Source: Zetaproteobacteria bacterium CG_4_9_14_3_um_filter_54_145 (lineage in GTDB: Bacteria; Pseudomonadota; Zetaproteobacteria; Mariprofundales; Mariprofundaceae). From it: a stretch of DNA of 32,000 bases. A program made the position numbers and the translations under genes. The stretch lies in assembly GCA_002791575.1 (NCBI GenBank), contig PFXI01000063.1, positions 6,569 to 38,568 of the forward strand. Reading direction: 5' to 3'. The notes under the pieces are model-generated. The model had not been told where the DNA came from. It worked only from the letters and a program-made list of their open reading frames with translations, and did no database searches. Positions 28,690 through 32,000 of this stretch are shown here, piece by piece (positions within the stretch are counted from its first letter, which is position 1; every line of letters starts with the position of its first letter).

Positions 28690-30033
28690 ATGAACAAGGC
28701 AACCCTGACGCCAAAAATAATATTCGGCCTTATTGCCCGGCTGATCGCCATTGTACTGTGTGCGGAAATTCTGGTCATGCTGCTGTTCAGTGCGATTGGT
28801 GTTGCCGATCACCTCTCCGAATGGGTGATGGCTATTGCCGATGACATGCTGCTTATTCTGCTATCTGCATGGCCAGTCGCCCTGTGGGTTCTCAACCCGT
28901 TACTGATGCTGAGTAACAAAGCCAGCCTGAAAACGGAAATGCTGGCCGCAGCCCTCGAGCATGCCGGTGACAGCGTCATCATTACCGACCGCTCGGGCAT
29001 CATGCTCTACGTCAATCATGCTTTTGAGCAAACAACCGGATACTCGCGTGATGAGGCCGTCGGAGAAAACCCCAACATACTCCAGTCCGGCCGCCATGAT
29101 GGTCAATTTTATACAGCGATGTGGGATGCATTAACAAGCAGTGGCGAGTGGCAGGGCGAGATGTGGAACAAACGCAAGAGTGGTGAGTTATATCCGCAAC
29201 TGCTGCATATCCGTGCATTTCATGATCAAAAAGGAATCCTGCAATACTATATAGGTACCTTTTCCGACATCTCCGAACGCATTGCGCTGGAGCGCGTCGC
29301 CCGCAAAAGCCAGAAAATCGAAGCTCTGGGCCGGCTGGTTGGCGGCGTTGCACAGAACTTCAACAATATCCTCTCCGGCATTATCGGCAAAGTTTATCTG
29401 GCCAGAAAAAAAACAGACTCCCCTGATGCCATCCGGCATATGGATGACATTCATGAGCTCGGTCAGAACGGTGCCCGCCTGATCAAGCATTTGCTCGATT
29501 TTGCCCACCAGTCACAACAGGAAAAACAACGTCTGTCGTTGAACCTGCTGTTCAAGAATGCTGTACGCGCGGCCAGCATCGACATGCCTGCAGACATACA
29601 GCTGATAACCGATTTTCCGACCAGCGAGCTGAGCATGCATGGCGATCCTGTGCAGCTGGAGCAGATAGCCACGCACCTGCTCACCAATGCCCGTGATGCC
29701 GTGGCTCTGGCTGCAGAGAAAACGATCCGCGTCAGTCTGGAAAAGCAATCATCCAAGCAGTGTCCGTTGCGTGAGCATTGCAGCTGTTGCAGCAACTATG
29801 TGGCCATGCTGACTGTAGAGGATAGCGGCTGCGGTATACCACCGGCAGACCTTGAGCATATTTTCGATCCGTTTTTTACCCGCAAGAAACAGGATGAAGG
29901 CGCCGGCCTTGGTCTGTCGATATGCAGCGGCACGGTGGAAGCCCATGGCGGCATGATCCATGTTGAGAGTGAACAGGGAAAAGGCGCGCGCTTTATTGTC
30001 TGCCTCCCCCTGGCTAACAGCGGTGAGAAGTGA
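28690..30033 (+). CDS. PAS-domain sensor histidine-kinase-like protein with a degenerate H-box
   Basis: Two N-terminal TM segments, a PAS domain (SVIITDRSGIMLYVNHAFEQTTGYSRDEAVGENP..), a DHp region GRLVGGVAQNFNNIL, and N (LLTNARDA), G1 (VEDSGCGI), F and G2 (GAGLGLS) boxes. Confidence 0.85.
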   Translation: MNKATLTPKIIFGLIARLIAIVLCAEILVMLLFSAIGVADHLSEWVMAIADDMLLILLSAWPVALWVLNPLLMLSNKASLKTEMLAAALEHAGDSVIITDRSGIMLYVNHAFEQTTGYSRDEAVGENPNILQSGRHDGQFYTAMWDALTSSGEWQGEMWNKRKSGELYPQLLHIRAFHDQKGILQYYIGTFSDISERIALERVARKSQKIEALGRLVGGVAQNFNNILSGIIGKVYLARKKTDSPDAIRHMDDIHELGQNGARLIKHLLDFAHQSQQEKQRLSLNLLFKNAVRAASIDMPADIQLITDFPTSELSMHGDPVQLEQIATHLLTNARDAVALAAEKTIRVSLEKQSSKQCPLREHCSCCSNYVAMLTVEDSGCGIPPADLEHIFDPFFTRKKQDEGAGLGLSICSGTVEAHGGMIHVESEQGKGARFIVCLPLANSGEK

Positions 30034-30484
30034 TACCGCGATCATCTGGGTCACCCGATACAGTTACTAGAAAAGGGGGCCATACCTCCCATACATTTGT
30101 ATGGGTTCCATGGTGGTATAGAGGCTATAGTTTATAACTCCTGTACCTGCCCTCATAATCCTGTTGGTAATACTACCAGTCAATCCGATGCCCATTTGAA
30201 CTGTGACAGGAGTATTTGGCACATCACAAGTAGTCGTGATATTGGTAGTCCCGACTGCTACTGTCTCACAGATAACAGCGCGTTATTGCGATCACAGTTG
30301 ACTGCAGCCTCCTCATTTTGAGTAAATTCCTGCGGTTCAGAAATGTAGTTCAGGGCACATACTACAATAAAGTTCCGGTCACAATTTGCTGGTAGCCCTA
30401 TTGACGGTAACATTGTAGCCTGCACATTCTGGTCATGCAGCGATTATATGGATATGTATGGAAGATGCAGGTGCAAACAAGCAT

Positions 30485-31414
30485 TCAGATATAAATGGAT
30501 GCAGTCAGACAATGTAATGAACCAGCATAGTGTAGAGTCGGAGAATAGATGTATTCGACAGTAAATCCGTGATGCGATAATAATGCTGTCGTTTCTGATA
30601 TATCGCATCTTACAGTAATGTCATAGCGGGGTAGCAATAAACGTTTACCAATCTGAAGCCAGTTAACAAGGCTACCGTATCTGTTCCCGTCGCTTCGAAT
30701 CGGTATTTTTATAATCTCAATTGTTGCATCGTAATTTTTGATTTGCTGAATAAGCGATTCACACCTGTTTCGATCACTCTTTGATGACAGATTCCAGGCC
30801 ACTGCGATCAGGTTTGCCTTCAATACCCGCACATGAACATCTGCATGACCGGTCATTTCCTTGCTGAATCCTGAAAAAACCAGCCAGTGCCGGATGCCTA
30901 ATGCCGCTTTACAGTTTTCAAGATCATTTACAGTGAAGTGATTATGCTTAAGCACATCATTACTGACCAGCATCAAACCTCTGCTACCGACTACCATGTT
31001 CCCCTGTGGCAAAAAAGGGATGGGGGAGAGAGGATGTTTTGTTGCACAGATCGTATGAAACAACTGATTATCATTAGGGCGCTCATCCTGAACGGCCAAC
31101 GGAATACACCAGCGAACAGCCCCCTTAACCTTGATAGCAACAGGTGATCGGTCACGTATCCAGGGCGAGTCGAATGCTGCGGTCACAATGGAAAAATGAT
31201 CCGGCCTTTCCCGGGTTTCAATAAAGGCCTGACTGAATGCGCTGTCGGATGAGAGCAATATGACCCCACAATATCGCGACACACGGCTGGCGATCTCCTC
31301 GAGCAACGAGGTAAGGTCACATTGATAGTGTGGCACCATAATCGCATCGGGTATGCGGTAGTCGGTAATGACCAATCCAGATTCAGCCATCACGTGCATC
31401 TGATCATTCACCAT
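30485..31414 (-). CDS. Guanidino-group-modifying enzyme of the PAD_porph / agmatine deiminase-like fold
   Basis: 309 aa with no signal peptide. The order of motifs matches the family: SPWIRDRSP (W-x-R-D), QGNMVVGSRGLMLVS, TGHADVHVRV (G-H-x-D), and C-terminal AGSLHCLT (H-C-x-T nucleophile). The exact start is uncertain (31414, or in-frame Mets 5 or 8 codons later). Confidence 0.6.
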   Translation of the reverse strand: MVNDQMHVMAESGLVITDYRIPDAIMVPHYQCDLTSLLEEIASRVSRYCGVILLSSDSAFSQAFIETRERPDHFSIVTAAFDSPWIRDRSPVAIKVKGAVRWCIPLAVQDERPNDNQLFHTICATKHPLSPIPFLPQGNMVVGSRGLMLVSNDVLKHNHFTVNDLENCKAALGIRHWLVFSGFSKEMTGHADVHVRVLKANLIAVAWNLSSKSDRNRCESLIQQIKNYDATIEIIKIPIRSDGNRYGSLVNWLQIGKRLLLPRYDITVRCDISETTALLSHHGFTVEYIYSPTLHYAGSLHCLTASIYI

Positions 31415-31455
31415 CCTTCAATCCAGGTAAGAATTCAGGAGAATTTCTTTGCAAA

Positions 31456-31491
31456 GGGGTGAGACGCATGAACGTTTCACACGACTCACCC
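31456..31491 (-). promoter_or_regulatory. Hairpin between the repeat-protein gene and the deiminase-like gene (possible leaky terminator or processing site)
   Basis: On the minus strand: GGGTGAG-(21 nt)-CTCACCC followed by CTTTGC. The stem is 7 bp and the U-tract is weak. Confidence 0.3.
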
Positions 31492-31584
31492 TGTACTGCA
31501 GCTTGCAACAATAATGCTTCCAAAGCGGTTAAGCATACGCTGAAAACTCAAATATATTCTCGCAAACCTTGAGTCACCTGACAG

Positions 31585-31857
31585 TTAATACCGTTTGCCG
31601 GCAGGCCTGACAGCACGAATACCTGCAGCTGTATTGGAGCGTACTCCTGCCGGTTTAACAGCCCGTACGCCTGCAGTCGCTGTATTGGCACGCACACCGG
31701 CAGTTCTGTTGGCACGCATGCCCGCTGTTGTATTAGATCGCATTCCGGCCGGTTTTGTAGCACGAATACCTGAAGTCGCGGCCTGAGTGATGCCCGGCAT
31801 CGATACAAATGCCGCAGTTGCCATAAGTAGTGCCTTGGTGAGTTTATTTTTTTTCAT
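31585..31857 (-). CDS. Secreted, highly cationic octapeptide-repeat protein (8 x A-G-x-R-x-x-x-x)
   Basis: GGAGGA SD 4 nt before the ATG at 31857. Sec-type signal peptide MKKNKLTKALLMATAAFVSMPGITQA. The mature part, ATSGIRATKP AGMRSNTT AGMRANRT AGVRANTAT AGVRAVKP AGVRSNTA AGIRAVRP AGKRY, has no Asp or Glu. Confidence 0.7.
   Translation of the reverse strand: MKKNKLTKALLMATAAFVSMPGITQAATSGIRATKPAGMRSNTTAGMRANRTAGVRANTATAGVRAVKPAGVRSNTAAGIRAVRPAGKRY
31588..31776 (-). repeat. In-frame tandem ~24-nt coding repeats (8 units) inside the repeat-protein gene
   Basis: Codon-by-codon reading of the minus strand. All six frames lack stops here, which explains the overlapping ORF-track entries. Confidence 0.85.
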
Positions 31858-32000
31858 AGAGTCCTCCATATACAGATGATATCGGGCACATTCGACAGCA
31901 TCAGATGAACGAAAAACATCCCACTTTCATGCTATTTACCCGCCCCCTTTTCACCGGCCATTTCCGGGCTCAACCACGCGACCCCAGTTCCGGTCACTCA

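Noticed and set aside
30097-30321. 74-aa plus-strand ORF in the islet gap
   Set aside because: It has a TTG start with no SD and no motifs. The antisense strand is equally open, so there is not enough support for a gene call.
31548-31808. Alternative frames through the repeat region (31548-31808 minus, 31595-31786 plus)
   Set aside because: They are open only because the 24-nt repeats lack stops in every frame. Only the 31585-31857 frame has an SD, a signal peptide and protein-level periodicity.

Overview
Chromosomal window, roughly 55-65% G+C by eye for most of its length, from a Gram-negative proteobacterium. A Cyc2-type cytochrome-porin gene lies divergent to feoB, which suggests a neutrophilic iron oxidiser (Zetaproteobacteria-like); this is inference only. 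I can support 27 protein genes, one tRNA-Ala(GGC), four intrinsic terminators and a dense family of hairpin repeats. The core content is ordinary: smc, an orphan GspE/MshE-type ATPase with an HDOD protein, trpE-trpG-trpD-(insert)-trpC, feoB, a GT2/GT39/flippase-like envelope glycosylation trio, an HDAC-like gene, a tightly coupled NusG_II-Gx-TonB-like-mutY-ggt string, an SDR, mscS and a PAS histidine kinase. Two things are worth a second look. (1) The right end (about 30.05-31.93 kb) is an A+T-richer islet. It encodes a signal-peptide-bearing, acid-free protein made of eight octapeptide repeats (A-G-x-R-x-x-x-x), followed by a hairpin and then an enzyme of the PAD/agmatine-deiminase (guanidino-modifying) fold. 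This is a candidate peptidyl-arginine modification pair that I do not recognise as a described system. (2) Six loci within 11 kb carry long imperfect inverted repeats built on the 20-mer CACCGCAGAGGACGCAAAGG, resembling rRNA intervening-sequence (IVS) stems. One carries a GxxExxY (PD-(D/E)xK) ORF and splits the trp operon. Two are joined to a conserved ~140-nt module with the hairpin cassette in opposite orientations. Repeat sequence also supplies the last codons and stop of trpG. The histidine kinase has Gln in place of the phospho-acceptor His. All functional calls come from reading motifs by eye; no database search was possible.
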